A stretch of DNA of 64,000 nucleotides from assembly GCA_964106915.2 (NCBI GenBank), contig OZ066922.1, one strand, 5' to 3'. Origin of the DNA: Podarcis gaigeae. Lineage: Eukaryota. The notes beneath the pieces were generated by a model, which had not been told where the DNA came from, searched no databases, and saw only the letters and a program-made list of their open reading frames with translations. Of the stretch, positions 34,887 to 48,916 are shown piece by piece (the first letter of the stretch is position 1; each line of letters opens with the position of its first letter). The translations under genes were made by a program, and so were the position numbers.

Positions 34887-37800
34887 AACACCAATGATAA
34901 CATGGCATAAAATACATTTTTGCATGCTTTACTGTCCAATTTGATTGCTTCAATGTATCTTATTTTCAGAAACATAAACCTGTGTTAACAGAATAAGGCA
35001 GAACGGCAGGCAATGCTGAAATTTGAAAGACCAAAGTCAGCCCTTGCTAGCCAGGGGTAATGGGGGGGGGGTGAGAAAAAACTACCCCCACCTTCCACTC
35101 CGATACTATCAGTGGCAGAGCGTCAGATATGGTGGTGAATCAACTTTTCTGCTGCTCCCGGGCCAGGATTTGGGTTGCTCTTTATCAGGGAGGTGCCAGC
35201 AGCAAAGCAGACTCTTTTAAAAGTCTGCAAAGGAAGGCATGGCTGGCTCTCATTCCCAGGTATTCCAGAAACAAGTTAACCCACCTTCTGGCCAAAAGAT
35301 TTCGCTTTGACATGGTGATCAATGTATTTAAGTATTGTTATGATTATAAAAAACAAACCCAAAAACTCAAAATGGCTATCCAAGTAAATCCAGAGTTTTA
35401 TAGATGCAGGGATAATTTGCCATGCAAAATAATGTGTTGATGAATACTGCCATATCTCCTTTTGCCTCCTTTCTAATTTCCCAGAAACAATTATATTCGC
35501 CTGACAACAACAGGAAGCATGACTGCAAAATTGGAGAAAACCAGAAGGTCCTGAGAATGGCATCCAAACACCATGAAATTACAATCTTTAGAGCATGTCA
35601 AGAAAAGGGCTAATTCAGTATAATTTCTTTCTGTAGTTGCAATTTGGTCATTACTATGATATGACAAACCTGCAATGCTCGACAATTCTGAGATCTATGA
35701 TATTTTGCTCCAATAATTTAGAGTTTTTAAATATATGGTATATTAGATGGCTGACCACTCCAACTTGAAACTGTTAATTGGGAACTGAGGAAAGGCCCAT
35801 GTTGCTTCATACCATTTGGACATGTCCTTTTATGATCATGCTACTTTAAAAGTGGGTGTTGGGGTGTTTAAATGGTGAACTGATGAGGAATCATGGTCTG
35901 ATAAGGTACATACTCAAACTTATTTATTCACACCAATGGAAAAAAAATGAGGCTCAATATGCACAAGGCGGTGCTTCTCCCCAACAGCATTGAAAGCACA
36001 GGCCTAGATGTTCTGCTTGTTTCCCTCACCTGTTCACTGGGTGACCTTGGACAACTTTCTCATAGGAATTTTAGAAGAGCCTTCCTGGATCAGTCCACCT
36101 AGTGAAGCATCCCTTTTTCACAACAGAGAGAAGGAGGAGGAATGGGGAGAGGTATTGGGGAAGTTGCTATGAATTCCTTGAAAGAAGAACAGGACCAAAC
36201 ATGGTAATTTATTTATTAATCATCTACTACGATCAAATTAGTTCCTTTGCTATTAAATAATTATTCTCTTTGCAGTTTGTTTGGCAAAAGGCTTCTTCGG
36301 TTTATAACTTTTTAAAGAAAAGAATTTGCTGGAGCAATCAAATATTCTACGGACCAGCAATTCAAATAGCCTGCCACCCCCCCTCCCTTTTCATGTTCCA
36401 CTATGACATCTTTGGTACTGTTCCTCTTGCTTAACAAAACCATCTATTTGAATATGAATTCATTTTGTAAAATTAACACATTAAAGGTTTACATCAATCA
36501 TATTGAAAAGCTAGCAAAAATGAAATATAACTTTCATTTTCCATCAACTTACAAAGAAAAATGCTTTGCTGGAACAAGACAATTACATTTTTATGTAAAC
36601 AAAAGTCTGCACTAATATGATTTAACAAAGAATTTATAAAATTGTTATAAGAAAACTACAGGTAGTGATACATTCTGACAAGGGTAGAGTTTTACATTTT
36701 CAGATATCATTTTAATTTGAACTTTACTTGCAGAAACTTCTCCAGTAAACATTTTTTGAGGAACTTCCCTCCCACCCACACAAAAAAGTTTGAACAGTGT
36801 ATTATTTTCCAACACGTAGTGCATAAGCCTCCCTACTCCCCATGTTATGAGAGGAGTCATGGCCACTAGTGGCAGCCCCTCATGTGCCCATAGGTCATGC
36901 CCTCTGGTAACTGTGCTTTCAGCAGTAAAATGAATGAGGATCGCTCTGCATACAGATGTGAATTCCAGCTCTGGCTGCTCCGAGTGATTGCTTATCCTGA
37001 ACAGTTCTATGGACATAGGGCTATACAAATATAGGTTTCCTTCTAAATCACTGCATTTCTCCACATAGTTTTTATATCCTAATTGATTTTATGGTCAGCT
37101 GTTAAAACTGCTTTAAAATCTGTCAACCTCCCCCCCCCCCCCAAATCAGCACAGTTATCTGTTAATATGTATGTTGCTTTCCAAAACTGCAATCCTGGAG
37201 TAATGTTATTTGGAATACCTGCTTAATTCCATTTGCTAGATTCCTCTCATCCCCCTAGATAAAATATTATAGTCATTACTTTTAAAACTAGTCAAATTCT
37301 CTCCTTCCTCTGTTTGGCTTCATGGAAATGTTTTTTGAGGTCACAGTGTCACAGAGTGACTTCATCATTGTACCATTTTCATGTGGCTATGATGCTATGT
37401 GAAACATGAGAAGTTAATTGGGAGGATGGTTCCATGTTGGTGTGCACTAGGTATGTGTCCCCATCATCATGAACTCATTGGCTGCCTCTCTGCGTGGATG
37501 GTGGCAAAGTCCCAGATAGGTTAGTGCTGGAAATGTTATCAGACATGCTATGGGTATATCTGGCATGTTTTTTGCATTTTATACTGGGTGGGCTTCCCCA
37601 TTCCACCTGGGATAAGCATGTAAAAGAAATACTGGTTATTCCACTGGCACAGAACCATGGTATCCTCAGTCCCTGCATAGTGCAAGTATAGAAATACTCT
37701 TCCCATCACTTTCCCAGACCCATTTGATAGCTCAAATGTGCTATTTTGCAACAGTGCATTTATGAAACAGTGTTCATGAAGCAGTAGCTCTTTGTACAAT

Positions 37801-40800
37801 GTATTAATTAAGGCTTAATAAGTAAATTACTATTGTATGTAGTATTCCTTGCCTTCAGCTATCCAGAATGACTACTGAATTTGATAACGGAGCTGTCTAT
37901 CACTTTTCAATTGTATGAACACTGAAGCATTATTCTCACTAAAACTTCACAATTGCCTACTGTTCCGTCTGAATATTAATAGTCTGCACACCACATATTT
38001 TTATTTGATAGTCTAAGAATGGGAATTATAAAGTACAAAATGTAATGAGAAAGACCAGTCTAATAAATTATGAACTCAGGCATTCACCTGAAAAACATAC
38101 ACACAGAGAGAGAGTCAATTCTCTCTTCATTTCTTCATTTGACTATGATGCCACACCCTGAAGCTATTTGAAATCTGAAAATAATTATAGCATTAGCAAT
38201 CCATATTTATTTATATATGAAATGGAAATGCAAGGCTATGATAAATAGACTCGTTTTCCATTTTCTCTGGGATCAAATTGTGCAGAAGAATTCTAAGCAC
38301 AAATTAATTATATTTTAAATGAGTCCATGAAAGTTTAGAAGCACTGGGATTGGCACTTGATAAAGGACTATTCCACTCTCCCACCTCCAATTCTATTTAT
38401 CTTGAAAACCCATCGAGCCTGAAGGTTTCATCCATCTAATATTTCTTAAGTAAATTTCTCACCCTAGAGATGTTGGTGTGCAAAGCCAACATTATTTTTT
38501 TCATTTTATACAGGGGGAACTGGGAGTTTCCCCCAAAAAAATATCAAAGGGTTAATTCATCAGACAAGCAATGCTTTAGTTTGTTGTTCTCTTTCATTAA
38601 ACCCTCACCCTGAAGAGGCTGCATTGTTCTTGGGGGATGAGGCAAATGATGTCCCATCAGGACTCAGTACAGCCTAGTTCAACAGAAAAAGGTTACATTG
38701 CTCTCCTCTTGGTCCACAAAGCATGTGTGGAGGTTCTGCGAAATGCTAGCCAGTAACACGAATATTCTGCTTCTTACAGCCATTGCTCAAAGAAAATAAG
38801 GCATTGCAAAATTCTGAAAGTAATGCAAACATCAGGTAGTGGGTGTAAAAGTGAACAAAGGTCACATTGTATCTGTTGTTACAATGGATTGTGGACATCA
38901 CACCTGTTATCACACCCGTATTTGTGCAGATGGTGCACCACAGTTACTGATCCTACCATCACTTCTTCCTGCAATGAAGAGAGACTGCACATAGACTGAG
39001 TTCGGATGCTTGGCATCTTGCAGGAACTGGATGCTTTGAATGAGTGCCCATGAATCTTTCCCCTACCTCATGAAAACACATTCTTTGCTGCCATAGGGAG
39101 TCCAAAACTTCAAGGCCCTCAGTCCATATGATCATACAGAGTAAGCAATACAAGTACATTTGGAAGTGGAATAACTACCGTATTAAGCAAAATCCAGACA
39201 GTAATTCAAGAAGTCAGGAAAATGTATGTCACCATTCTCCACATCTTTCTCAACTCCTTGCGAGTATCTGATACCTGCATAAATTCACTCTTGTTGAGTT
39301 GAAGATTTTCTGAGAAATACACTCTGGCAAGTTATATTGAAACCTGTCATAGGTTACACTCATGAGTAAGAAAGATAATGTTTATAGTGAGGCTGATGAC
39401 TATATTTTAAGAATAGCTAAAGAAAACCTAAAGGTAAAGTGCTTCCTCTAAAGTGGTAATTCACATAGTAATTCTTTTTCATTTTAAAATTGATTCTGCA
39501 CCCCAGTGCTATGACAGCAGTCATTTCTCAACCCAGCTAGCCATCTTAACCTTATAGTTGCATGCGAAGGATAACAGTAAGTGCCTATCAGAGCAAAATT
39601 GATTAGTCAGTAGAAGCCTAGCTGTAACATGGACTTGCACATAAAATGGCATGTTTTGCTCATCATATGCAAAATTCATAAAACTTAATAATTGTGCCTA
39701 TTTTATCCTTCTATGGGCTCACGCACATGAGTAGCTGCCACATTAAATGTGCTTTGTGTCACTCTTATTGTAGCAGTGTCATTGCAGCAAGCTGTTCATG
39801 GGCAATTGCAAACCAAGCCCATTGGGAATTTTTCAGCATGCCACTAAAGACATTGGTGTGGGGGGGGGAGAATATTTGTAGTGACTGGGGAAAATTTCTC
39901 TGATCCACATGGCATCAACCCAATGGAAATAATCAATGTTCCACCACCTTTTCGTTTGTCTCCTCATAAGGCTATGGGGTCGTCCCCCCCCCCCCCGAAA
40001 GGCCAGCTGATCTAGAAAGGATTTAGAATTTCAGCATAAAGTGTACCTGAGACTTTCTCACAGAAACAGTCCATTGAAATGGGCAAAGGAGTGTCCTCAC
40101 CATCTCTATATTTTAGTGTAGAACTTCCTGAAATTGCTAATACCCATCCTTCCTCCACACAGTAAGTTCATCAAAGCAATACCATGCCACAATGTGACCA
40201 GATTATCCTATTAACAACACCCACCCTTACATTAAATCCAGCCTCCAGTATGGAGTAGGAAACAAACTCCTGGCCAATTCAGCCAAATTTTGGACAGGCA
40301 AAAAAAAAAATCCTACTCAGCCCCACAGCAACTATAAATCCTGCACTGGAACTGAGGGTGGTCTGGGCAGGAACTAGACAGGGACTTTTAAACCTGTGGC
40401 CATGTCCCATGACACAGATGCTTTCATTCCTGACATCACTGCATGTCACATCCCTCCCTCCCTTGCCTAAATGGTGCTCCCAGGATGTGAGGCCATATGG
40501 TCAGAGGAGGCAGAATGCTGGAGGTAGCAAGCCCCACAGTGCAGAGTGGCATTTAATTTTGAGTAATCTTGAGCAGTGTTTGGCTGCTTGGATATCCTTG
40601 TAAAGAGCCCCTTAATATGGATGTCCTCAATGTTTCTACAATACTGTGTATCTGACATGTTAAAAGCAAGAGAAAGTGACTAGTGTAAAGCATCCAGGAA
40701 GAAACGCCTTTTACTGACAGAGTACTTATATCTTCTGTTTTCACCCATCAACCAATTTCTCCAGTCCTAGCTCAAGAAGAGTGTATCCATTATTTGATTA

Positions 40801-41380
40801 TATGCACCAGTGCTGTTATAAAATGAAGGCTAAAATGACTTCAGTTTCAACATATTTCACAGGCTTAAAATCAGGGCGATTTCAGCAAGTGTCAAAAAAG
40901 AAAAGGTTCAAATTTTATATTTCCTTTAATAACCATGCTCTTTTCTGTAGTTATACTGTGAAATTTCACGTCTTTGTATCCAGATATAAGCATAATCATT
41001 TATACATAGGAAAACTTACTGAAAACTTGTCCTGGAAACATCACTAGCATCACCAAACAAACAAAACACAATCAATAAGGTCTTCCATATGTGTGCTCAG
41101 AAATAGAAGGCTTTAAACTAATTCACTGGGGAGAGATGGGATCCTGAACTGCCTCTGTATGAACTCTCTAGGGGAAATATACTGAAGAATTAACAATTGC
41201 ATCCAATTAGATTGCTAATAGTTCAGAACCCTGATGCAAACTCATTCTCCTTAAACAAAAACAATGGGCAATAAAATATGTAGAAACAAATATAGTGGCA
41301 TGTAAGCAAAGCTGGCTGGATCACGAATGGAAAAAAGAGAACATTTTTAGAAGAAAGAAAACATGGTATGCCATAATTTG

Positions 41381-41500
41381 AGAACCAGTGTGCTTGAGTG
41401 GTTAAATTGTTGGACTAGTACCTAGGAGACTAGGGTTCAAATCCTTACTCAGCCATGAAACCTCCTAGGTGCTCTAGGGTTATTAACCATCTATCAGCAC
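41381..41500 (+). mobile_element. MIR/CORE-like tRNA-derived SINE, diverged
   Basis: gagtggttaaattgttggactagtacctaggagactagggttcaaatccttactcagccatgaa, with A/B boxes. Confidence 0.6.
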
Positions 41501-42612
41501 AGCACTCCCAAAATGTGTGAGATCGCAGAGCTCCAAAATGTGTGTTTGGGGGAACTGTGATCTCACACAGGCCAAGTGACTCACTCAGGAGGGCTGCCTA
41601 GAAGACGTGTGGCCCTGTTTTGGACTGTGATATGTTGGAGGGTACGACATGCTCTATCTTCAATTAGATTTCCAGAAGTGTCTTGGGGGAACATCAGGGA
41701 AATAGAATAAACTGCTGCGTGAATTCAGCCTCAGAGTGCCAAAATACCCAACTTATTTTATGTGCACCACCTACACTGATCCTACCTTGAGGGATTCTAC
41801 ATTACAATCTTAGGGACGCAGCTGATTTTAGCAGTCTAATTCTGTTCAATGCAAAGAAGGTGAACTAAAACCCAGCTATGCCAGCCAATTGAGAAGTGGC
41901 TCCTCAAAATTGTACTTGGTTCTTCCCCTGAACAGTTACAACAGTGCCTGCACTGCCACCAATGGTGGGTGGGATGCTGCAATGCAGAGGACTGCTGAAA
42001 GAAAGTGAAATCAGGTGTGAAATACCATTTCCCCTTTAACAGAATGAGACCCTGGATGTCCACTTTCCGTATCTTCTAACCCCTCTGGGTAGAGCAGGTA
42101 GGTGAGTAATGCTGTTAATTTTTATTTCCATCTCTTCAACCTCTATGGAAAATTGTACGCCTTTAAGAGAATACCTCCGTATTAGTATTAGAGCTGGATG
42201 TAGTTTTTAAAACATAAATTCAAACTTCTAGAAATATGAAAAAAATAAAAATCACTGGGCAGCTCCCAGTTCTGGCAAGCAAATGATTTGTGAAGCAGTT
42301 GCAAGTGTTAATCCCAGCTTTAATATTTCTAATTAATTAACCTTGGCTACAGCAACTGTAAACTGCAAAGCAAGGGATTACTTTGAATTATCGGAGAATA
42401 AAATAAATCCATTATTTAAATGGGAAAAGTCTTTGAAAACAGTTGCCGAGAATCTACTAAAGCTTTAAATCATATTTAAATAAGAAGTGAAAAAAAGCCC
42501 ATGTGTTAAGTATTGCATTTGATTCTGTTATGAAGCCTGCCTACTCTTAACACAGGAAAACAGCTTTGAGTATTTGACTAGTCACTTTGGCACTTCCTCG
42601 TCAAATAGGATT

Positions 42613-42738
42613 CAGGGATAAGGTACCCACGGCCTTCTGGATATGATTGGTCCCATCAGCTCCAGCCAGAATGATTGTTGGTCAGGGGTGATGGGAGTTG
42701 TGGTCCATCAACAGCAGTGCCACCAATGCCCTACTCCT
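42613..42738. mobile_element. Diverged palindromic hAT MITE copy
   Basis: cccatcagctccagcc...ggtcaggggtgatgggagttgtggtcc. Confidence 0.55.
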
Positions 42739-44261
42739 CTTCTGCAGGGTACATAGGGAGCTCCCAGCAAGCATGGACTTCCCCCTTCACTGAAAGGTTG
42801 GGACAATGCAGCGTGTGGAGAGGTTCCTGATGCCACAGTTCATAAGGAATTCCCTCTACTCATAGAAATTCAGTTCTCATACTTTGGCACATGCAAGATT
42901 TCCTTGGATCAGTCACTTCTCAGTTAAGTTTTGACAGGTGGTCACCTGGGCTTTCAGTTTCCTCAGATCATTGGCCAAAAGCAATAAAAGCTGGCAGACT
43001 GACTGACAGTAGTTATATAGAAAGGAACCATTTAAACAATATGGGGCAGCATCCAAAGTTTGCATGAGCAGCCTCCTGGTCTTTCTCGTCCCCTCCTGCC
43101 GCTGCAGCTTCCCAACAACCTCTCTTGATGGTCGGGGGGTCGTCCTGAACAGGGCAGGCTATGTTGTGAGAGGGACGGATTCCAAAAATGGGCAGAGGAA
43201 CTGTGCATGAGTCCATGAGAACCAGAAAAACAATTTAGTGACAGCAGAAATTGAGCCACTTATTTAGCCATCTCTTTATACTTATGGTTTATTTCTTTAC
43301 TATGCTTATCTACGCTTTCCTGAAAAACAGCACTGGAATACTTAGCAGATAAAAAAATAGCAAAAAAATAGCACACAAACACACACACTAGTGCCTCCTA
43401 TATTATGTTATGTTAGTAGGGGTTATATTGTAATTACTTCTTTTGAAAAAAAGAAAATAAAAAAGATATAAATACGTTTGTTTTCCATCCCATACTTGAG
43501 GGAAAACAGAAAACTAAATATTGAAAATTTTTGGCTGTTAAAGCCACCTGAGATAATTTGATATCTCATTTCCTTTGCTAAAAATCAATCAATCAAAATA
43601 AATTCTAGTTTTTGTCTGATAGGTTTTAGCCCAGAATTGGCTCAATCAAACAAAGAAACTGCAAACCTGATGCATTAGTAACATTATAAACACTGATGAG
43701 GAGACTACTTCAACACATCAAATATGAACCATAAGAGCAAACAAAGCAATTGTCAACCCTAGAGTTCCTCTCTTTCTCTTTCTGAAGACCTGCCAAAGTG
43801 TAAGCATGTGTGCGTTATACAACTCAGGAAGTTTCAAAGGAATAGAAGTAATGGATCTATGTTATGTTAACTATGTTTTGTGAGTAGGCAGCATACCTAT
43901 TTGATTCAAGAAGCCACATCTAAGTAAATTGATATGATGCTATTCTAATATGATGGTTACCTACAGAGGAAGATAAAGTAATCTTTGCTAATCATTCTTG
44001 ATTAATTATTGCTTTGTGACTGGGTCATTTAATTCAGTCTTCCAATACATGCTGTTACATAAATTAGATGTCCATGCGCACAAACACACACTTTTCATAA
44101 CAAAAATTACATCAGCATAAAGAAAACTGCTTCTGAATAAATGGATATATACTTATTAAGGCATAAATTCATCTAGTGAAATTAGTTTCTAGCAGAATGT
44201 AATTTATACCGGCTCTGTTATATTTGCTACTCAGTAAGACAAACATTTTCTGTGTCACTAG

Positions 44262-44990
44262 CAACCCCCCCCCCCCAAGTGTCCTGATTTTCCAGGGACA
44301 GTCCCGGAATTGCGATAGCTATCCCAATTTCTGATTTGATCCTGGAATGTCCCTATTTTCCCCACCATCACCGCCACTGAACTCAGGGAGAAGGATGAGC
44401 CGACACTTGTCCCAGGTGGCAGTGGATGTGCAGGTGGCAAGGGAGCAACCCATTGCCTCTCCATGGCTGCTGTTGCCAGCCTCCTTCCTTGGGCAGCTCA
44501 CAGCATCTGCTGGAGAGCAAGCGAGGAGTTTTATTTAAACACTTAAATAAAAAAGGCTTCTGACAAAACGAGTCTTCCAATCATTCTCATTGTACTATTT
44601 ATACTGTCATTTCCCCCTGCAGAGTTTTATATTCTTTAATATTGTTCCCGTCTACTCTACAAATGGTATTTGTTGTGTTTACAAGTATCACTCAAGTTCT
44701 GCTAATGTGGTGTGGTTGGTAAAATATGATCTTATATAATCCTTAAATATTCTCCATTCTCCAAATATTTTCTGGTTCAACTCTTCCCGTCAGTTTTGCT
44801 AGTTGTAAATATTCAAACATGATGTTAGAATATGGGGCGTTCTCAGTACGGTGGAGGGTGTGTGTGCTGTGTCCCATTGGTGTAGGCACTTGCCCCTCTT
44901 CTGATAGGAAATGCTCTGTTGAGGTGGGTCAGTTGGGGAGTGAGAGTGAGAAATGTCCCTATTTCACCTGGAGGAATGTTGGAGGGTATG
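44262..44990 (-). mobile_element. Non-autonomous DNA element of the CATACCCTCCAA family, containing an L1 3' end
   Basis: Ends ccaagtgtcctgattttccagggacagtcccgg ... aatgttggagggtatg are reverse-complement matches to 48177-48538. Internal 44530-44825 on the minus strand encodes FEYLQLAKLTG.../EWRIFKDYIRSYF...LE*, resembling an L1 ORF2 terminus. No TSD was found. Confidence 0.6.
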
Positions 44991-45159
44991 ATGGAATGTC
45001 TTCTTTTTTAATGGTTGATACATTTCTGATACATCTGATTAAAAATTACAGTATATGGGGTCTGGGATGTTTCTGCAAGTAAGCAAAGAAATAGGATACT
45101 GGAGAGGGAAATCTAGAACTACATGTCTTCTCAGCATTCCAAGTATTTTATTGCAGAGA

Positions 45160-45893
45160 TCAGAGAGAAATTTATTTTGTTTGGATTTTAACCTAATTCA
45201 TACAATCTGAACCAATACGTGAAGCAAAGTTATCCATTTAAAATCACACTTCTCCAAATCTTGTGATGAACTTCTCCAACACACACATACACAAATGTGC
45301 ATATATTAGTGAAATCATTGTAACCAATTGCATTATGGAAGGTTGCATATATTAGACAAAATTACATCAAAAATGTCTACAGTGGTACCTTGGGTTACAG
45401 ATGCTTCAGGTTACAGACTCCACTAACCCAGAAATAGTACCTCGGGTTAAGAACTTTGCTTCAGGATGAGAACAGAAATTGCGCAGCGGTAGCAGCGGGA
45501 GGCCACAATAGCTAAAGTGGTACTTCAGGTTAAGAACAGTTTCAGGTTAAGAACGGACCCCCAGAACGAATTAAGTTCTTAACCCAAGGTACCACTGTAT
45601 ATAAGAATAAAACTGCACCTGAGTTGTCACGTAGACCTTTTTTCTTGAAAAGAAAAATACAAAATTGCACAAAAATACACATTGATGCAGAAATGTGGCA
45701 AAGCAGATGCGACTCACTTGGTGGGGTGGAGCTGTCAAGCTAGCTTGCTGGAAGATGGGTTGCTGTTGCATGCTGGGAGGAAGAGGAGGAGAGATGAAGA
45801 GACAGGGTGTAGTGTGAGTAGCTTTGGGGGCAAACTGAACTTAAGGTAGGAAAACAAAAAAGAGAAACCAAAATTGTCAGATTTGGCCATTCC
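45160..45893 (+). mobile_element. AT-rich hAT-like MITE (34514 family) hosting a Tigger-like MITE
   Basis: The 3' end gaaaccaaaattgtcagatttggccattcct matches 34855-34885. Confidence 0.5.
45380..45597. mobile_element. Tigger/pogo-type Tc1-mariner MITE (218 bp)
   Basis: Perfect 18-bp TIR CAGTGGTACCTTGGGTTA/TAACCCAAGGTACCACTG flanked by TA, with internal (caggttaagaac) repeats. Confidence 0.92.
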
Positions 45894-48176
45894 TGTTTTA
45901 TCACCTTGGTGGTTATGAGTATGAAAAAGAGAAGTCTAGCACCACAGAGGAAGGAAAAATAACTATAAACTCACTAACTGCTCATCCAGAAGTTGGCTCC
46001 ATTTGTAATTAGTCCATCCCAAAATGTAGCCGCTCTGAATAACAGTTAAGACAGACCTCAAACATGGTTGTTGTTTTCCTTGTTCAAGGGAAAGATGAAA
46101 AACACATCTCCCCCCAGCAGGGTGAAGCAAATCTGATAAGCAGAAAAGGCAGATATAAAAATTGCATGACTTTTGTCAGCAAACTCTGATGTACATGATT
46201 ATAAAAGTAATTTACTTGCATTGTTATTGCTTAATGGTAATGATTGTATCTGTAGACCATAATTAATGTATGATGAGAAGATTCCTGCAGTTAAAATACA
46301 TTATAAGTTCTCTGAGGAAAGTATATCCAGAACTTAGTAGCTCTCTGCCCTGATATGGGTTTTAATATAATTTCCAAGGGATTTTAAATACCCAGCATTG
46401 GAAATTTTGCAAGCAGGAAGTGAACATTTCAGCAGCTCTAGATGTATGAAGTTGATTTGTAAGCACCCTTGGGTGATAGTGGAAGAAGAGTGACATTGCT
46501 GCTGTTGTAAAAAAACACACACACACAACCCCCCCCCCACACATATTGGTTATTGGAAAGATGCATTTACATATATTCCAAAACAATATGGCTTCATAAA
46601 GGAGCACCATGTTTATGCTGCAATAAATAATAATAACATACATGACTTTTTTGTTCATTTTACATTCTGGTCATCATATAGCTATAGCAATCTAAAGATA
46701 CTGATCTTTTTAACACACAGTCAACACAGGTGTCAGTTACTTTTCTCAGCTCGCTTGGAGCTGCACATGAAATTTGTGTGTATCTGTCAGCTTGTCTATT
46801 CTTCACTTCTGAGACTGTCAGAAATAATCAGCTTGCTCTTTCCCATTTACTCAGGTGCAAATGGAAGTCCTACTTGCCTCCTGACTGCCAAGGGACACAG
46901 CCCACACAGTGCTAGCTGTTTACACTGGAGTAGCATCACTCAAGAAAGGAACATGCAGATGTGTAAACAAACATAACATTCACAACAGAATTAGATAAAT
47001 GTTATGGAAACGGCTTTTGCCAATTTTCTCTGATATTTACTATAAATATTATGGGGGCGGGGAGAAATCCCATTTCCTGGAGAGAAGGTTGATATTGTGA
47101 TTCACTGATATATAAGAATGCTAGAGCAACTGCATTTAAGTAATGGCTGCTCTCTGGTGTTCTACACAAGAAAAGCAATGTTGCTTGGGGCCGCTTGTTC
47201 CCAGACAGATGACTGCTACCACACAGCTGGGAGGAAAGTATCCAATTTCCACTATAAGGAAAGCACTTCTTATTTATGGAAAGCAGGGTTAATGTCGAGT
47301 AAGTTCACTTCCAGAATGTCACTATCTTCAGGTAGAATGCAATAATGCACCAGTGAATTCAGGTTTTATAATTACAGTTGATTTGGTGCTGTTGTGTGTG
47401 CAACAAACCCATTCTCCCTCACCCCCAGCCAAACATTGTTTTTGATCAAAGTGGCAGGAAAATACACTGGAAAGTGTGGGATAAGATTTGAGGCAACACT
47501 GTAAAATTACCCTGCAAACAAATCAGAATGAATGCTTGGTAAGTGGCCAACATCATCTAACCTCCCACTAAGGTTTTTCAGAGCAGCCATCCATCCCTCA
47601 TTACCCAAATGTCCAGAATGAAGGCACATGACACAGAAGTATGGTGAAAATGTTTCAACTTTTTGAACTATTCTGTAACTCAGGCATGCAGCAAAGCAAA
47701 TTAAACTGCTGCTCTGGGCTTCCTAATTTGAAAATATAGTGAGGGGTTAATTCCCCCTTGTCTCATTCTCATGGGCAACATCATTCTAGCTAGAATGTCA
47801 TGACTTCAGGCCTACTTGGCAGCTACTTTTCCACATGTGGTGGACCACCTAGGGTAGCTGGGCGAGCAGTTTTCTATTTGAAGGGCCTTCTGGTCCAAGT
47901 CTAGTTGAAAGGAACCATTAAAAGGGAGAGCTTGAAATTACCCTGGAATTGCCCATAAAACATTAGTACCTGAACAACACACTGAGCACACACAGATCCC
48001 ATGATCAAACCTCACCAATCTGGTGAGGTGTACCATATTTCTATTTAAATGATAGTGTCCTGAACTCCTGGCTTACCTGGCAGCAAGACAGTATGCCATA
48101 TCCAAAGTTCAAAATCTGAGGATTGATCCACACAAGCAAAGTCCAAAGATCAGGAAACAAGGTTCAGGGTCAATAC

Positions 48177-48538
48177 CATACCCTCCAACATTTCTCCAAT
48201 GAAAATAGGGACGTTCCATTCCATAATGATAATTTTATACCCAACACAACTTATTGGGTTGCCCAAGCCACTCTGGGCAGCTTCCAACGTATACAACAAC
48301 ACAACAAAATATTAAAAAACTTCCCTATACAGGAGTGCCTTCACATGGCTCAGGGGTCAGATAACTCCATACCCTCCAACATTTATCCAATGAAAATAGG
48401 AATATCCTACCACACCTTCCATTTCTCTAATGAAAATATGGACATCCTAAGGAAAAGTGGGACATTCTAGAATCAAATCAGAAACCAGGACGGCTTCTCT
48501 AAATCAGGGACGTCCACGGAAAATACAGTAGGGGTCTG
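48177..48538 (+). mobile_element. Non-autonomous DNA element with 6-bp TSD and an embedded L2 tail
   Basis: Starts CATACCCTCCAA and ends GGGGTCTG, with TSD caatac (48171-48176, 48539-48544). The left-end motif is repeated three times, and 48233-48346 is a reversed L2 3' end. Confidence 0.8.
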
Positions 48539-48916
48539 CAATACAAGTAACCAAGTCCAGTCTCACAGTCAGGATACGGTCCAGAGTCAAACCCAAAGCA
48601 CAGTCCTGTGGAGATCCATGAGCATCCAAGTCAAGGTTCATCAACATGAGCAGTTAAGCAGACACAACCCCTCCGCTTTGCTGCCCTTTAATCCCTTGCA
48701 TGATGATTGCAGCATCTGGGCTTGATGAGACATGTGCCCCGTACTTGTTCCAAGCCCACTCTGGCTGAGGAATCACACAGCTCGTCCCAGAGCTAATAAG
48801 CCTCACCTGGCCAGCTAGTGAGCTGGGCTGTGGGCCCTTGCATGCTGTAGCCTCCTAGAGTGCTCCTCCCACTGCTCCCAACACCTCAGAGCCTGCTCTG
48901 TTCATGGAGACAGGGG

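Noticed and set aside
43013-43259. Overlapping minus-strand ORFs with CpG retention
   Set aside because: No convincing splice donor and no recognisable protein, so it cannot be supported as an exon.
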